Part shown: piece after piece, positions 41,200 to 55,691 of the stretch | Layout: the number at the start of each line of letters is the position of its first letter | Position numbering within the stretch: the first letter of the stretch is position 1 | DNA from: Octopus vulgaris | Taxonomy: Eukaryota | Length of the DNA stretch: 64,000 bases | Assembly: GCA_951406725.2 (NCBI GenBank) | Contig: OX597833.1 | Location: 64,542,001-64,606,000, forward strand | Direction: 5' to 3' | Made by a program: the position numbers and the translations under genes | The notes under the pieces: generated by a model | Told to the model about the DNA's origin: nothing | Database searches by the model: none | Seen by the model: the letters and a program-made list of their open reading frames with translations, nothing else

Positions 41200-41530
41200 T
41201 TGAAGTATATATATACGAAGATCCATAACTTGTTATAGAAGAAATGTACCTCTTAGGAATTCAATTAAAGCAATTCAAAGAAAATATGTCACTATGTGAT
41301 AAAGCGCGCTCCGGAAGGCAACCACTCAGCACGGAAGAAGCTTTTGAATTTAGTCTCAGGAAGTTATTGATATACGCGTCAGTCGAGGTTAATATTTCGC
41401 CGTCAACGTTACACAATATTCTGAAATTGAAAGTGAATTCTTAAATGTTTCAATAGTTTTACAAGCCACAGGAAGAATATTATCGTACAGAAGAAGGTTT
41501 TAGACAATGTACAAAGTTAAAATTTATCAA
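41200..41530 (+). pseudogene. Possible very decayed Tc1/mariner transposase
   Basis: KQFKENMSLCDKARSGRQP...ISPSTLHNILK resembles the N-terminal HTH/GRP region; a possible C-terminal piece follows the SINE at 42120-42290. Confidence 0.4.
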
Positions 41531-41540
41531 TTCCCTTGAA

Positions 41541-41817
41541 GGCGCAGGAGTGGCTGTAGGCGCAGGAGTGGCTGTAGGCGCAGGAGTGGCTGTAGGCGCA
41601 GGAGTGGCTGTTGGCGCAGGAGTGGCTGTAGGCGCAGGAATGGCTACGTGTAGGGGCAGGAGTGGCTGTGTGGTAAGTAGCTTGCTAACCAACCACATGG
41701 ATCCGGGTTCAGTCCCACTGCGTGGCATCTTGGGCAAGTGTCTTCTGCTATAGCCCCGGGCCGACCAATGCCTTGTGAGTGGATTTCGTAGACGGAAACT
41801 GAAAGAAGCCTGTCGTA

Positions 41818-41900
<83 letters not shown>

Positions 41901-42117
41901 TTGTGTGTCTGTGTTTGTCCCCCTAGCATTGCTTGACAACCGATGCTGTTGTGTTTACGTCCCCGTCACTTAACGGTTCGGCAAAAAGTGACCGATAGAA
42001 TAAGTACTGGGCTTACAAAGACTAAGTCCCGGGGTCGATTTGCTCGACTAAAAGGCGGTGCTCCAGCATGGCCGCAGTCAAATGTCTGAAACAAGTAAAA
42101 GAGAAAAAGAGAGAGTA
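41541..42117 (+). mobile_element. SINE family A preceded by six tandem copies of its 18-bp 5' end
   Basis: GGCGCAGGAGTGGCTGTA-type unit x6 at 41541-41652, then a normal full copy from 41653. Confidence 0.92.
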
Positions 42118-42530
42118 AATATTACATTTGGTGTTAAAGGAAGCATAAGAATGGAAGACCGTATGAAAAGCTTGCCCCAAAATTTATCTGATGTGCGCTC
42201 AGCAAATATTTATGAGTCCCCACCCGTTTTTGTAATAAGTGTCACACATTGTCGAATATTTCACAATGATGTAGAATATTCTCTACCTGAAATAAAAAGA
42301 GTAAACCTTTTCGAAAAAAAACCTATTCTAAACTAATATAATACTTAGGTAACATAAATTTATGCCTAAATCTTCTCGCAGGTAAGTACATCGATAGACG
42401 TTAACTAATAACGTGAGAACCAATCGATTGATTAGTTAGTTGGATATATAATTAACCAATCGACTATATATAAACAAGTGGAAACGAAACTCTGCACGTG
42501 TTACTGCCATTGGTGTTAAAGCTAATTATG

Positions 42531-43262
42531 CACCTCCATCTACTACAAACACACCGACTCATACTCATAGCTTAATTTCTCTACCTCCCAACCTTCCCAC
42601 ACCAAACACTCCATCCCCTACTCCCTATTTTTCCGTCCGCGGAAACCATGTCTTTGAGACTGAGTCTCAACTCATGGCTCGTCACTTATTCCTTCGTGGG
42701 TATCCCTCACCACTACCCACACAGCCCTTGCTAGAGCACGTTCCTTGGATCGTGTCTCTGCTCTCTCTCTCTCTCTCTCCGCACCCGTCACGCTGTTGTC
42801 CGTCTCCCGTTTCCCCACCCTGCTCCCCCAATGCACCATTCTCGGATCCTTCCGGCGACTCCAGTCCGACGCCCCTATCGAGCTACTGTTCTCATTGATA
42901 TCCTCTCCATCCACACCTACCCCCACAAACTTCTGCACCTTTCACTCCAATATACCCCACACCTCCACCCACAGCCTCAACCCCAATCTTCTCTCACACC
43001 AACAGCGAAACCAGACATCCCCACATTCCACACCACACCACACATCATCATCTGTACATCAGCACACTATCATCCACACATCCACACAATTCAGACGCAC
43101 GCACACATCCACATCAAAGTCACTAGCTCCTATCCACACACACACACACTCTCACATACACATACACACAAGCACCTTTGTTTTTGGTATCACCAGTACT
43201 TTATTATCTCCCCTTCTTCCTAGCTCTCCTGTCAAACTATTTTCCCCAACCTGTCTCCATGA
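42531..43262 (+). mobile_element. Penelope-like element fragment (RT thumb/linker plus C-rich 3' region)
   Basis: TSIYYKHTDSYS(stop)LNFSTSQPSHTKHSIPYSLFFR, MARHLFLRGYP, ALARARSLDRVSAL, ILGSFRRLQSD match PLE RT C-terminal consensus. Confidence 0.72.
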
Positions 43263-43265
43263 TTA

Positions 43266-43298
<33 letters not shown>

Positions 43299-43311
43299 TT
43301 ATAGATGGATG

Positions 43312-43617
43312 TTGTTTGTTCCTTCTCGAGCCATGACTGGCTCATAAGGGCCGGTTTCCCGGTTTCCGTGGCGTGTAGGTTACCCATCTGGACGGGACGC
43401 CGGTCCATCGTATGTGAGCTGCAAGATGCAGGAGGAAAGAGTGAGAGAAAGTTGCGGCGAAAGAGTCAGCAGAAGTTTCGCCATTACCTTCTGCCGGAGC
43501 CGCGTGGAGCTTCGGTGTTTCCACTCATAAACACACACATCGTCCGGTCTGAGATTCGAACCCGCGATCCCTCGACCGCGAGTCCGCTGCTCTAACCGCT
43601 AGGCCATGTGCTTCCAC
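43312..43617 (-). mobile_element. SINE family C-related, tail type 3 with V-domain-like motif; 12-bp TSD
   Basis: Head TGGCCTAGCGGTT...GGTTCGAATCTC; GATGGACCGGCGTCCCGTCCAG; TSD TATAGATGGATG at 43300-43311 and 43618-43629. Confidence 0.85.
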
Positions 43618-43929
43618 TATAGATGGATGGATGTATATATTAAATCACTGAATGAAATGTGGTGTAGCCTGCTGCCAAAGTGGCGCCAGACCGCTGGGAA
43701 AATTCTGTTGCAACACATCCATTTTAAAATAAAGACAATAGATTTCGCCTCCTTCATATGCTTAATACCAAGTGACCTGAGCTAACCAATATAGTTCTAA
43801 CAATTAAAAGCTCTCTTGAATTTCTCTGAAGCATTATCGATCTGCTCCAAGGATTTCATGAGATATGCGTATCCAACGCTCTGAAGAGACGTTAAGGAGG
43901 TCGAACAGAGTTAAGTTATGAAATTAAAT

Positions 43930-44441
<512 letters not shown>

Positions 44442-45200
44442 TGTGGAAGGGAAGCTTTCCGATGATTAGGCGATCTATTTGCTGTCAACACCCGCTAAAT
44501 GGAGGGCCAGGCATCTCGTGGTTGATGATGCGCAGATATGCGCTGAGACTGCGACATCTCCGGTGCTTCATAGGCGATGATGAACAAATGTGGTCACCAT
44601 TTGTGCGGCGCGCTTTCCCGCAACTCGTGTCGTTGGCTGAATTACAGTCGTAGATCAAATAGAGACCGAGGCTAGGTGAATGGCACCGCGAGTGTCGTGT
44701 TGCTCTCAAGCAACTCTGCTTTCCGGCACCAAACTTGTACAACTTCATTACAACAAAAGCATTCTATAGAGGATGGGAGGGGCGACGACGTTCCCGGGCA
44801 GAATCTGGGCGTCGACGAGGAACAACTGACCCGCCTGTTCATGACAACTTTCGGGCCGGGACCTATGGACAATCACCAAAGATCCCTGGCAGTGCTATCG
44901 AGAAGCATTACCTTTTCGGGATAAGCTCTACAAGCACAGTTCGAGACACACTGGACCGACTTGCTTGAGATGCGGTCAGAGCGACGAAATCGTTCTGCAC
45001 GCACTCGTGCAGTGTCCAGCTATTTCGGACGGGTGGGATTATACCGAACGGCTGCTGTCACCTGTGGGACGAGTCCGTCTGTCAGCCGCGTCTATCGTGC
45101 ACATTGCTCCGCCACCTTTCCTCAGCCGGGAAGGCAAGGCAGTCTTCATCGTACTGGTGGCTATGGTGTAAGAATTTTTGTGGTGGACACATGGTGAAAG
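44442..45200 (+). mobile_element. L1/Tx1-like LINE ORF2 C-terminal fragment
   Basis: GC-rich block; CLRCGQSDEIVLHALVQCPAISDGW zinc knuckle preceded by WSPFVRRAFP and FGPGPMDNHQRSLA; frameshifted. Confidence 0.65.
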
Positions 45201-46684
45201 AATGTGTGTGACCTTTGGCCAAAAAGCAAGTAATATTAAAAGACTCACCATTTTTATTTAGTCTCCGTCAAACTATTCGCCTTGGGTATCCAGACACTTC
45301 TGACAGAGCTCCTGCTACGGCTGGAAGCAGTTCTGGAAATCACTTCTTGGGATGCCCTAGCGCTATGCCGTCGAATTTTGCTTAACGTCATCTGTTGACT
45401 CAAATAAGCAGAGAGAGAGAGGGGGGAGAGAGAGAAAGAAATAAAATGAGAGAGAAAATATAAAAAAAGGCAAGCGGTCAATCCCTTATTCTTTTATTCT
45501 TTTACTTTTTGCAGTCAATTGACTGCGGCCATGCTGGAAAACCATCTCAACATATACATATTCAAACTTCAGAACAAGCACTTTGCTGCGCTCAGTGAAC
45601 ACTCTTATCGCCGATTACAAGCTAAAACGAATACAGTACTTTTTGCAAAAAAATCCACTTTGTGGAAACATTACACATTATTTTTCGACAACAGAGTAAC
45701 AACAAAGATGGGGTTTTCGTGTTAATTTTAAAATTTGGGTGGATAAAGCACTTATTTATGGCAAAAGTTTCTCCTGAAAAAAATCCAATAAATTATAGAA
45801 CAATGTATCGATTGCAGACTGTCATGTTCAGTGTCTAGACTGACCGGTTACAATTTGGTCAGTTATTTTCAGATGTATTCATGCAACAGAACTCGGTAGA
45901 AAATTTATGGAAAAGGAAAAAAAAAATGTGGTCAAAAATGTCAATTTGGCGTTCTTAAGGCTAACGGACATTGAATTCGTTCACTGTTGCTGACAGTGAC
46001 AAATGAAGGAGAAACGAAAAAGGTGTTAAAGAGTTTTATGAAAAACAAAGAAAATTACCTGAAAACATTATCAATAACGACAATCCTTTACTGTTTTTAG
46101 TATGGCAGTATAATACGTGACTAATTACCAAGAACAGGTGAGAAAAATATAGCTCAAAATGTTTGCGAAAATTTGGATCAAAATAAATTTCTTGCGCACT
46201 TTTTGCTTTTTTTTTTTTCAATTTTTCAGTTTCATTGCAAATTTTCTAAATTTGAGTTTATTTTTTAATTTAAAAATTTTCTTTGTATTAAACTAAATCA
46301 TTTCTGTATTATTTTTTAGTTTTGCTAGTATGAAAAATTCTAAAGGTAAATATAATTAATTATGATAAGAGAAGCGTTGTGGAGAAACCAAGTGGATTGT
46401 AAAATGCGGGTGCAGAATGCTAAGATGTTCTTAAGTATTAAAGGTGGAAAAGTACAGAACAGGCAGTAATTAAACCTGGAAAAATGCAGGACAAAAATGA
46501 AAAAAATTGAAACGTTGCACCTGAATTTAGAATTTAAAAACCAAATTGATTATGAATGCACTTTATATTTTCAAATGAGAATTTAAATTAAAAGACTCAA
46601 TGAAGTATTTATTTTCAGTTTAGTGAAAACACTAATCGTTCGCAATCTCACATATTGTACATTCAAATATTACAAATTTCATGA

Positions 46685-46731
<47 letters not shown>

Positions 46732-46737
<6 letters not shown>

Positions 46738-47036
46738 AGACCGACCAGGCCATCAGATGTTGCTGCACATCGCTGGTCACAATGCGCTTCGCATTGTTTT
46801 AGCCTTCAAATGACGTTCACCCCGCTGGCTAAGCCAGCAGGCCAACAGAGGAAAGAGTGAGTGAAGGTTGTGGCGAAAGAGTACAACAGGGATCGCCTCC
46901 ACCACCCTGCCGGAGTCTCGTGGATCTTTTAGGTGTTTTCGCTCAATAAATATTCACAATGCCCGGTCTAGGAATCGAAACCGCGATACTACGACTTGGA
47001 GTCCGCTGCCCCAACCACTGGGCCATTGCGCCTCCA
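46732..47036 (-). mobile_element. SINE family C, tail type 1
   Basis: Colinear with 4939-5252. Confidence 0.88.
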
Positions 47037-47075
<39 letters not shown>

Positions 47076-47121
47076 GTATGTGTGTATATATATACAACAA
47101 CACACACACACACACACACAC

Positions 47122-47253
<132 letters not shown>

Positions 47254-48214
47254 GTCACATAACAACAATTTAAGAAATATTGAGAATGTTTTATAATCCC
47301 TAAATTTGAAAAAAATTCTACATATTGCATTCCATTAGCTCATTATCTTGCATATTTTCACACATTCTTCTGACTTTGAATAGAAGATATTTTGTTATCT
47401 GATAATGCAAACTTAAAAAAAAAAAAATCATATTTTTGTTTTCACAAATCTTCTTTATTGTTATTTATTCTTTTTTTTTTAAATTGTATACATTCTACAT
47501 GAGTTTAATTTTAACACAATATTTGTGATTCGAGCTTTTTGGATAATGTCTTTTGACAAAAAAAAAAAATAATAAAATGGAATAAAATGGAATAAGATAG
47601 AAATATTTTAGCTTAATACAAAGAAATTGTCAGATAAAAAAATATAATCTTAAATATCAAATGTTTGCAATGTGAAGCAAAAAATATTGTTTCAAAAATT
47701 GATGATCAATTTCAGAAATTTATTTAGATAATTCTAGAGTCAGCAAAAATATTTTAACTTTTCTTTCCTTATCATACTGTATTTTAAACGTTACATCCAT
47801 CAGAATTTTCTAACATTCTGCACTCTTCATTCTAGTACATACATACATACATACATACATACATACATACATACACACACACACAAACACATACATGTAT
47901 GTATATAGGAGGCTAAAGAAACTGTCGTCTAAGTAACGCACATATAAAAATAACACTGACAATTCATTTTAACAGATATTTCCCAAAAATACGTAAAAAT
48001 ATCTCGACGTACTAAAGAACAACCATAGCATCCAGACGTGTTTGTGTATCTTTTATGTATGTATGTGTGTTTTCCAACTATGTACCATGTTTGTATGTAT
48101 AGATGTGCATCTCCATATATGGAGACACGGGTCTCCATATGTTTCTCTCTCTCTCTCTCTCTCTCTCTATGTATATATATATTACATATATACATATATA
48201 TATGTGTGTGTGTG

Positions 48215-48408
48215 TGTTTGTGTGGTTGCGTTTGCCCTACCACCACTACCATCACTTGCCAGCCGATGCTTGTGTGTTTACGTCTCCGTAACATAGCTGT
48301 TCGTTAAAAGAGACCGATAGAATAAATCCTGGGGTCTGTTTGTTTGACTAAAGGGGTACTCCAGCATGACCGCAGTCAAAGGACTGAAACAAATATAAGT
48401 GTAAAAGA

Positions 48409-48410
<2 letters not shown>
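48215..48410 (+). mobile_element. SINE family A, 3' half
   Basis: CCGATGC...AAAGAGACCGATAGAATAA...CTCCAGCATGACCGCAGTCAAA...GTAAAAGAGTA. Confidence 0.75.
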
Positions 48411-48449
<39 letters not shown>

Positions 48450-48480
48450 ATTATATTGTATTATATATATATATATACTA

Positions 48481-48884
48481 TTTTACTCTTTTACTTGTTT
48501 CAGTCATTTTACTGCGGCCATGATGGAGCACCACCTTTAATCGAGCAACTCGACCCCTGGACTTATTCTTTGTAAGCCCAGTACTTATTCTATCGTTCTC
48601 TTTTGCCGAACCGCTAAGTGATGGGCACATGAACACACCAGCATCGGTTGTCAAGCAATGCTAGGGGGACAAACACACACACACACAAACACAAACACGC
48701 ATTTATATATATACATATATACGACGGGCTTCTTTCAGTTTCCGTCTACCAAATCCACTCTCAAGGCTTTGGTCGGCCCGAGGCTATAGTAGAAGACACT
48801 TGCCCAAGATGCCACGCAGTGGGACTGAATCAGGAACCATGTGGTCGGTAAGCAAGCTACTTACCACACAGCCACTCCTGCACC
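48481..48884 (-). mobile_element. SINE family A, full length
   Basis: Complete match to the family. Confidence 0.9.
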
Positions 48885-48919
<35 letters not shown>

Positions 48920-50207
48920 ATGTGTGTGTGTTGTATTATATTATATATACATATTTCCATATATGTAGTGGGAGATAGAAAGCCACAGAAAGTGAAAGTT
49001 GGGCCAGCAATTGAAAAACAAAAGCGCAATAAATTCGGTTCTGTATCTTTCCGATTAACTTACTAAAACACATATCTATAAGTTCATTACAAATTGTTCA
49101 GTGATTTCCCAAGCAGCTCAAAAAGGAAAATAACACACACGTACACACCTTGGAGAACCTTTCAGAAGTCAGATAAGTTCCAGTCTACCACATATTTACC
49201 AAATGTTCCATTGATGTGGCATTTATCAATACTGGAAGAATATATATACTTGCAGGTGCAATTGTTCTTCGGCAATGCTTTGAAGCACAAATCTATTTCG
49301 TTCCAGCTTCGTGGAGATTTTCCCTCTGCTTTGAAAATACTGAATTTTGCTGCTGCTCTATTGTTGCTTTTTTGTTGTTGTTGCTCTTGTTGGTGTTGTT
49401 TTGGCGAAGGTTGAAGAATTGCTAGGGTGCCGAACAAAATGATTATTGGCATTTGTTCTGAGTCTTTACGTCCTCAGTTCAATTTCCACCTTTGCTGGTA
49501 TCGTCTTTGCTCCAGTCTGGCACGGGTGGCTATGCAGAGTTCATACCTTACCCTCACTCATCTGGAACGCATGTGTCACCTTTTAACGGCCATATCCTCT
49601 CACGGGACGCAACATAGAAAGAAATGTTGTCTATGTCCAGTCTTATTTAATATATTCGTGTGCTTTCGGACAGAGAAAGGTAATATGCTGCACAAATTGT
49701 CACGGGAGAAAAGATTTTCCCTATAGAGAATATGCTTGCAAACATATGTCTAGGCCACGAATGACTTTACCGACTATAAGTCATGCGTTTCTAAGTCTTT
49801 ATGCTATATCAGCTACGAATACTAATTCTATTGTTTGTAGCCACTAAGAGTTGGGCGTTCTTTTTAGTTCTCTCGAGACAGACTTTGGAAGCGAATAGTC
49901 TTTCCATGTCCGAAAGTACGCATTCATATTTTTTCACAGTAGCCATTTCTCGCTTTCTCACAATTTCTTTCATATAGATATGAAGGTAACTCACTTTAAG
50001 GACCTCTTTCATTTCCAGTGAATTATGACATTTTCTGGCTGGAAAAATTTGCATTTAGTGCCGCGTGCACAACCTCCAAATACGTTTTTCCGCCATTTTA
50101 GATATATACTGCATAGCTTCGGGCGACGATATTGACATTTATATGAAAAAAATTCTATATTTGCATAATTTACGAGTTATAATATTTGCAGACCAAGTTT
50201 GTTTCCT

Positions 50208-50259
50208 CTCTCTCTCTCTCTCTTTCTCTATCTCTCTCTCTCTCTCGCTCTCTCTCTCG

Positions 50260-50321
<62 letters not shown>

Positions 50322-50412
50322 CTTTACTGTTACTCTGTTACTTCTATATGTTGGACCTCTTCCACTTTTGGTATTTAATAGAATTGATTTTAGAATTTTG
50401 AGTATAGGTGCT

Positions 50413-50476
<64 letters not shown>
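50208..50476. repeat. (CT)n and (CA)n arrays
   Basis: Direct reading. Confidence 0.9.
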
Positions 50477-50480
<4 letters not shown>

Positions 50481-51439
50481 ACGAAACAAACAAACTAGCA
50501 CACATTCATATATATATATCTTATCATTACTGAGGGTTTGGGTTTCAGCAGATGTGAAATTAATTTTGAGCAAATTCATTTTTAAACAGAATTGTTTAAT
50601 TACGCATTTACTGAAACAGATGTTAAGCACAATTTATATTATAACCCGTATATAAATTTAATCTTTTTTTGTTTTTATGCTAAATACATTTCCCTCATCG
50701 GATCATTTTAGCCGATTATGTATATGCATGGAGGTCGATGCCATGTGAACTTACTGCAATGTAATAGACTCTCGGAGTGTAACAACATGTTATTAATTGA
50801 ACTTCGTAATTACTATGGATGTGTGTGTATTCGTGAAAGTTATCTATGTGTATGGGTGCCAGTGTGGTGATGTGTGTTGGTACGATTGCATCTGTGAGTG
50901 TAAATATAATACAACATGGTTAAATTGTAAAAGGTCGGTTCCTTGAAAGCGATAAAAGCATTATTTTTGGTAAATAGCCCATTCTAAGATATTCGCCTAT
51001 AGGATTATAAGTCGAATGTCGACATAGAGAAATAATATTAGTAGTAGTCAGAGTAGTAGCTGCAGTGGGAGCAGCAATAACAGCGCATAATATCATATCT
51101 AAAGTGTCCTGGTTTTGAAGCTTGCCACCATAAAGGATTTAATCTAATTCTAGCTATTACCATTTGGGAATTTTGTCCATTCTCAAAGATCTCGTTCGCG
51201 TATATTAGTCGCAATTAATAAGCTACGGCGGCAGAAAGCGTGTAAGAAGCTACTGTAGTTTTGCTCACATTGTTACTTCCTTTGGAAATTTTACAAGTCG
51301 TTTAAAGTTGCCAATTGTCTGTCTTCAGTTGCAATGAGTTGAATAGAAATTCGAATCGGTCCGCCATCTTAATGAATGCATCCATTCGGATGTTACAATA
51401 AATACTACGAGGTTTTCTGATAAATAGAAAGATAATTAC

Positions 51440-51529
51440 CTGAAACCCATCTATCTCTTGGTAGTAAGAACAATTACATTGCACTGGCTTTCGTTTGCAA
51501 ATATTATTTGACAACAAGTTATTCGCTTC
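51440..51529 (-). CDS. Candidate 90-nt internal exon of an unidentified host gene
   Basis: TCTTCTTACATTAGTAG acceptor, CAG/GTAATT donor, open phase 0-0 frame EANNLLSNNICKRKPVQCNCSYYQEIDGFQ; no recognised homology. Confidence 0.22.
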
Positions 51530-51691
51530 CTACTAATGTAAGAAGATACACACAGTCAGCAAAACTGATATGACGGTATTACTAAATGTACTACGGAGGC
51601 AGGAAACATGCTTACATACACTCAAATTGATAGGTAGATAGATAGATCGTTGAGCACATCGATCGATCGATACATAGATAGATGGATATAT

Positions 51692-51750
<59 letters not shown>

Positions 51751-51771
51751 GGTATATACTCTCTCTCTCTC

Positions 51772-52199
51772 TTTACTCTTTTACTTGTTTCAGTCATTTG
51801 ACTGTGGCCATGCTGGAGCACCACCTTTAACCGAGCAAATGGACTCCAGGACTTATTCTTTGTAAGCCTAGTACTTATTCTATCGGTTATTTGCTGAACC
51901 GCTAAATTACGTTAACGTAAACACATCCAGCGTCGGTTGTCAGGCGATGTTGGGGGGGGGGGCAACCACAGACAGACAGACAAACATAAACATATACATA
52001 CACACACATACATACATACGCATATATATACATATATACGATGGGCTCCTTTCAGTTTCCGTGTACCAAATCCACTTACAAGGTTTTGGTCGGTCCGAGG
52101 CTATAGTGGGAGACACTTGCTCAAAGTGCCACGCAATGGGACTGAACCTGGAGCCATGTGGTTCGTAAGCGAGCTAGTTACAAAAAAGCCACTCCTACG

Positions 52200-52200
<1 letters not shown>
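51772..52200 (-). mobile_element. SINE family A, full length, diverged
   Basis: Tail to head match. Confidence 0.85.
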
Positions 52201-52241
<41 letters not shown>

Positions 52242-52283
52242 CGTATCTATGTTTGTATGTATATATACATATGTGTCTGTATG

Positions 52284-52353
<70 letters not shown>

Positions 52354-52354
52354 C

Positions 52355-52417
<63 letters not shown>

Positions 52418-53233
52418 CAGACAGATACATAGATGAATAGATACGATGATCACGAGAAAGATGGATAAATAGATAGATACAGGGAGAGCGGGAAGAGAGA
52501 GAGAGAGTGTGTGCGTGTAGAGAGAAATGGTAGAGAGAAGGGGAGAGAAATGGGGAAGAGAGAAATAGAGTAACACAACAAGATAATTCTTCTGTCTATT
52601 TTATATCTCATTATTCAAGGTTTGAAATGAGAATCAATTCCCGAATGGGAATAAGCCGAATAATGAATTAATAGGAACATCATTCCTTTATGGAGCTACC
52701 TATGTCGTTTCTATGAATGGAAAGAACGGAAGGCTTGTAAAGAAGGAAACGAACAAACACATCGGAGTACTTTTGAACAGAGAAGAGTAAATATATGAAT
52801 GCAATAAACGTACAGCAACCTCAGCAATAAACGTTAATTCCTTAGTGTAACTAACCCGATATATCTTAATTAAGTTGACAAAGCTGATTAGTAAAATGTA
52901 CCTAATTACATAAATATCAAGGTAACCCTTGTTCCCTTGTTAGTATATTCAAATGAGGTTAAGATATGAGGCGTAGAAGGCATAGAATCTAAGCCACAGA
53001 TCATTGCCCTGTCGGACGTTTTGTCGCCTAGGTATCAGGATGTTGTCAATGGAAGACTATGGAACGACGTCCCGTTACTGCTGTCTGTATCTTTGAATGC
53101 GCTTCACTTATCGCCTCCGTTGACACATCTGTCTGATAATTATTGTCTTCGGCCACGACACCGTGCGTAGTGGGATGCGAAGTGACCGCTAAGTGTGATG
53201 TCTGTATGTGTGTGATTGTGCGCGGATATATGT

Positions 53234-53322
<89 letters not shown>

Positions 53323-53379
53323 TATATGAAAATTGCAGCGTGGAAGGTGTTTATAAGCCATCAAAATATATGTATGTAT

Positions 53380-53416
<37 letters not shown>

Positions 53417-53499
53417 GCAGCGTGGAAGGTGTTTGTAAGCCATCAAACTGTCGTAGAACAGAAAACAACCCAGTTTAAGATTAATAACGCTAAATCGAA

Positions 53500-55430
53500 A
53501 TAGAAATAGAACAATGATAAGGTTATCGAAAGGAGTAAATAGCAATGGAGAACTTGATGGTAATGAATTTAATTCTACGATCAATGATCAAGTTGAAACC
53601 AAATTTGATGGAAATATAAAAGGCTATCTATGCAACTGCTCTAAAGGGGAATACTGTTATGTGAAATATGATTGTAAATCTAAAAATGTAATATATAGAT
53701 GTATAGTTACATCTGAGGATAAGGAATTCCTTTGCATCGGTGGGACATCATTAATTTTCAAGAGGAGACTGGAAAATCATTTGACTTCATTCAAAGACGA
53801 AAATAAAAGGTTCCAAATGAGTCTTAGCAAATTTATCTTGTCTTTCAAGGACAGTAACAAGGACTGTACGATTTAATAAGAGTTAACTTGTTCAGCAAAA
53901 TCATAGACTGCAATTACCGTAAGGTAACCTTCCTAGATGCGACCTTTAACTTAGAAACAGGCCTGTACGCACTATGCCACAAGCGGAATGAGTGCCTAAG
54001 ATACATAAGTGTTAAGTCCAATCATCCACCATCCATAACCAAAGCAATAGTTATTAATATAGTCATCAGAATATCAAGATTATCAGCCACAGAGAAAATA
54101 TTCAACACACATGCGCAATACTACAATGAAGCACTAATTATATAAAGATAAGATTTCGAGTTCGAACCTAAAGAAACGCAAAATAACCCTGACACGCACA
54201 CAGCTAATGTAGAATACACACAAATCTAAAACTTTTCAACAAACGAATCGCAATAAAAGAAAGCAAAACCCGAGAAACAATGAAAAGATAGGAGGATAGT
54301 AACCATTCGGGGAAGCACTCCGTCGGTTACGACGACGAGTGTTCCGGTTGATCGGAATCAACGAAACAGCCTGCTCGTGAAATTAACGTGTAAGTGGCTG
54401 AGCACTCCACAAACACGTGTACCCTTAACGTAGTTCTCGGGGATGTTCAGCGTGACACAGAGAGTGACAAGGCCGGCCCTTTGAAATACAGGTACAACAG
54501 AAACAGGAAGTAAGAGTGAGAGAAAGTTGTGGTGAAAGAGTACAGCACGGATCACCACCATCCCCATGCCGGAGCCTCGTGGAACTTTAGGTGTTTTCGC
54601 TCAATAAACACTCACAACGCCCGGTCTGGGAATCGAAACCGCGATCCTATGACGCGAGTCCGCTGCCCTATCCACTTGGCCATTGCGCCTCCAACATAAT
54701 AAACATAACCCAAATGATTAACGATAATAGAAAAACAGACACACAAAATGACAACAATGCGCAAAATAGACTGAAGGAACCAAACAAAAGATACGAAAAT
54801 TCACAAGTCCTATAATCCAATTTTCGAACTGCAAATTTCATCCAAGATAGGAAAGCACTTCCTTGCAGCATTGAATAGGTGATTCCCTAAAACACATAAA
54901 TACCATTGCATATTCAACAAGCATACAGTGAAAATATCGTACGCAACATCTAACAATATGGAGTACTACGTACGTAAATACAACAGTAGGAAAATAGACA
55001 AGCAAACAACGTCTGCTGACAATGAACAAACAGATGAAAACAGCACAGGATGTAGGGCCACTAACAAAAACAAACAAAATAAAGAACACAAAAGCTTAGA
55101 TAATTCCGCGACGGTTACAATAAGAGTAAAACAAATTCTCAAAATGGAATCGACAAAAAACCATGCAACATCAAGTATGCATCAGACACTAACAATCAAA
55201 GAGCACTTTACAAAAACAAAATGTCACCAGATAAAGGCGAAAATAACAATGGTACAAATAACTGCAGCGGCCGCAAGAAAACCTCATGCCATCACATGAA
55301 CCGATGTGTCCAAAAAATCCATATTATACAAATGCACAATCGCCACACCACAACACAAATGCACATACATATGTGTCTCAGAAAACCAATTTAAGTTTTA
55401 TTACTGGAACGATATCACATCATTCTCCTT
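53500..55430 (+). mobile_element. Penelope-like element fragments: GIY-YIG, RT C-terminus, linker, second GIY-YIG
   Basis: CNCSKGEYC...NVIYRC...CIGGT..FKRRLENHLTSF (53630-53876); VTFLDATFNL...SNHPPSI..RISRLS (53888-54145); KIGKHFL...FNKHTVKISY..NM (54840-54990); ILYKCTI...YICVSENQFK (55306-55420). Confidence 0.82.
54311..54692 (-). mobile_element. SINE family C, tail type 2, nested in the PLE
   Basis: Same head and body as 4939-5252 as far as CTCTCACTCTT, then a different ~185-nt tail. Confidence 0.88.
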
Positions 55431-55634
55431 CTTCTTCTTCTTCGTCTTCTTCCTTTCCGCCACCTCCTTCCTTACTTTACTACTACTGCTGCTTGGAATA
55501 ACACCCACCCATCAAAAACAATACATTCAAAAGAGATATCTCAAGAATTCAATCACTACTACCATCCAAAATAAGACACTTTCAGGACACGAACATTTAA
55601 CAACCTACTACAATCATACCACTCCCGCATTATT

Positions 55635-55691
<57 letters not shown>

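Noticed and set aside
41541-41652. 18-bp direct repeats as a CRISPR array or a PAPTAT repeat protein
   Set aside because: No spacers, no cas genes, eukaryotic context; the unit is the SINE A 5' end.
43540-43617. tRNA gene-like sequence (also 5180-5252, 54620-54692, 58230-58305)
   Set aside because: A and B boxes are present but the acceptor stem does not pair, and each continues into a SINE body, some with TSDs.
43881-43912. CTGAAGA-GAC...GTC-GAAC hammerhead-like string
   Set aside because: GAAA box broken and no stem I/III pairing; too weak alone.
49809-50054. 81-aa ORF with ERLF motif as a hAT transposase end
   Set aside because: A four-residue similarity only; no TIR or other motifs seen.
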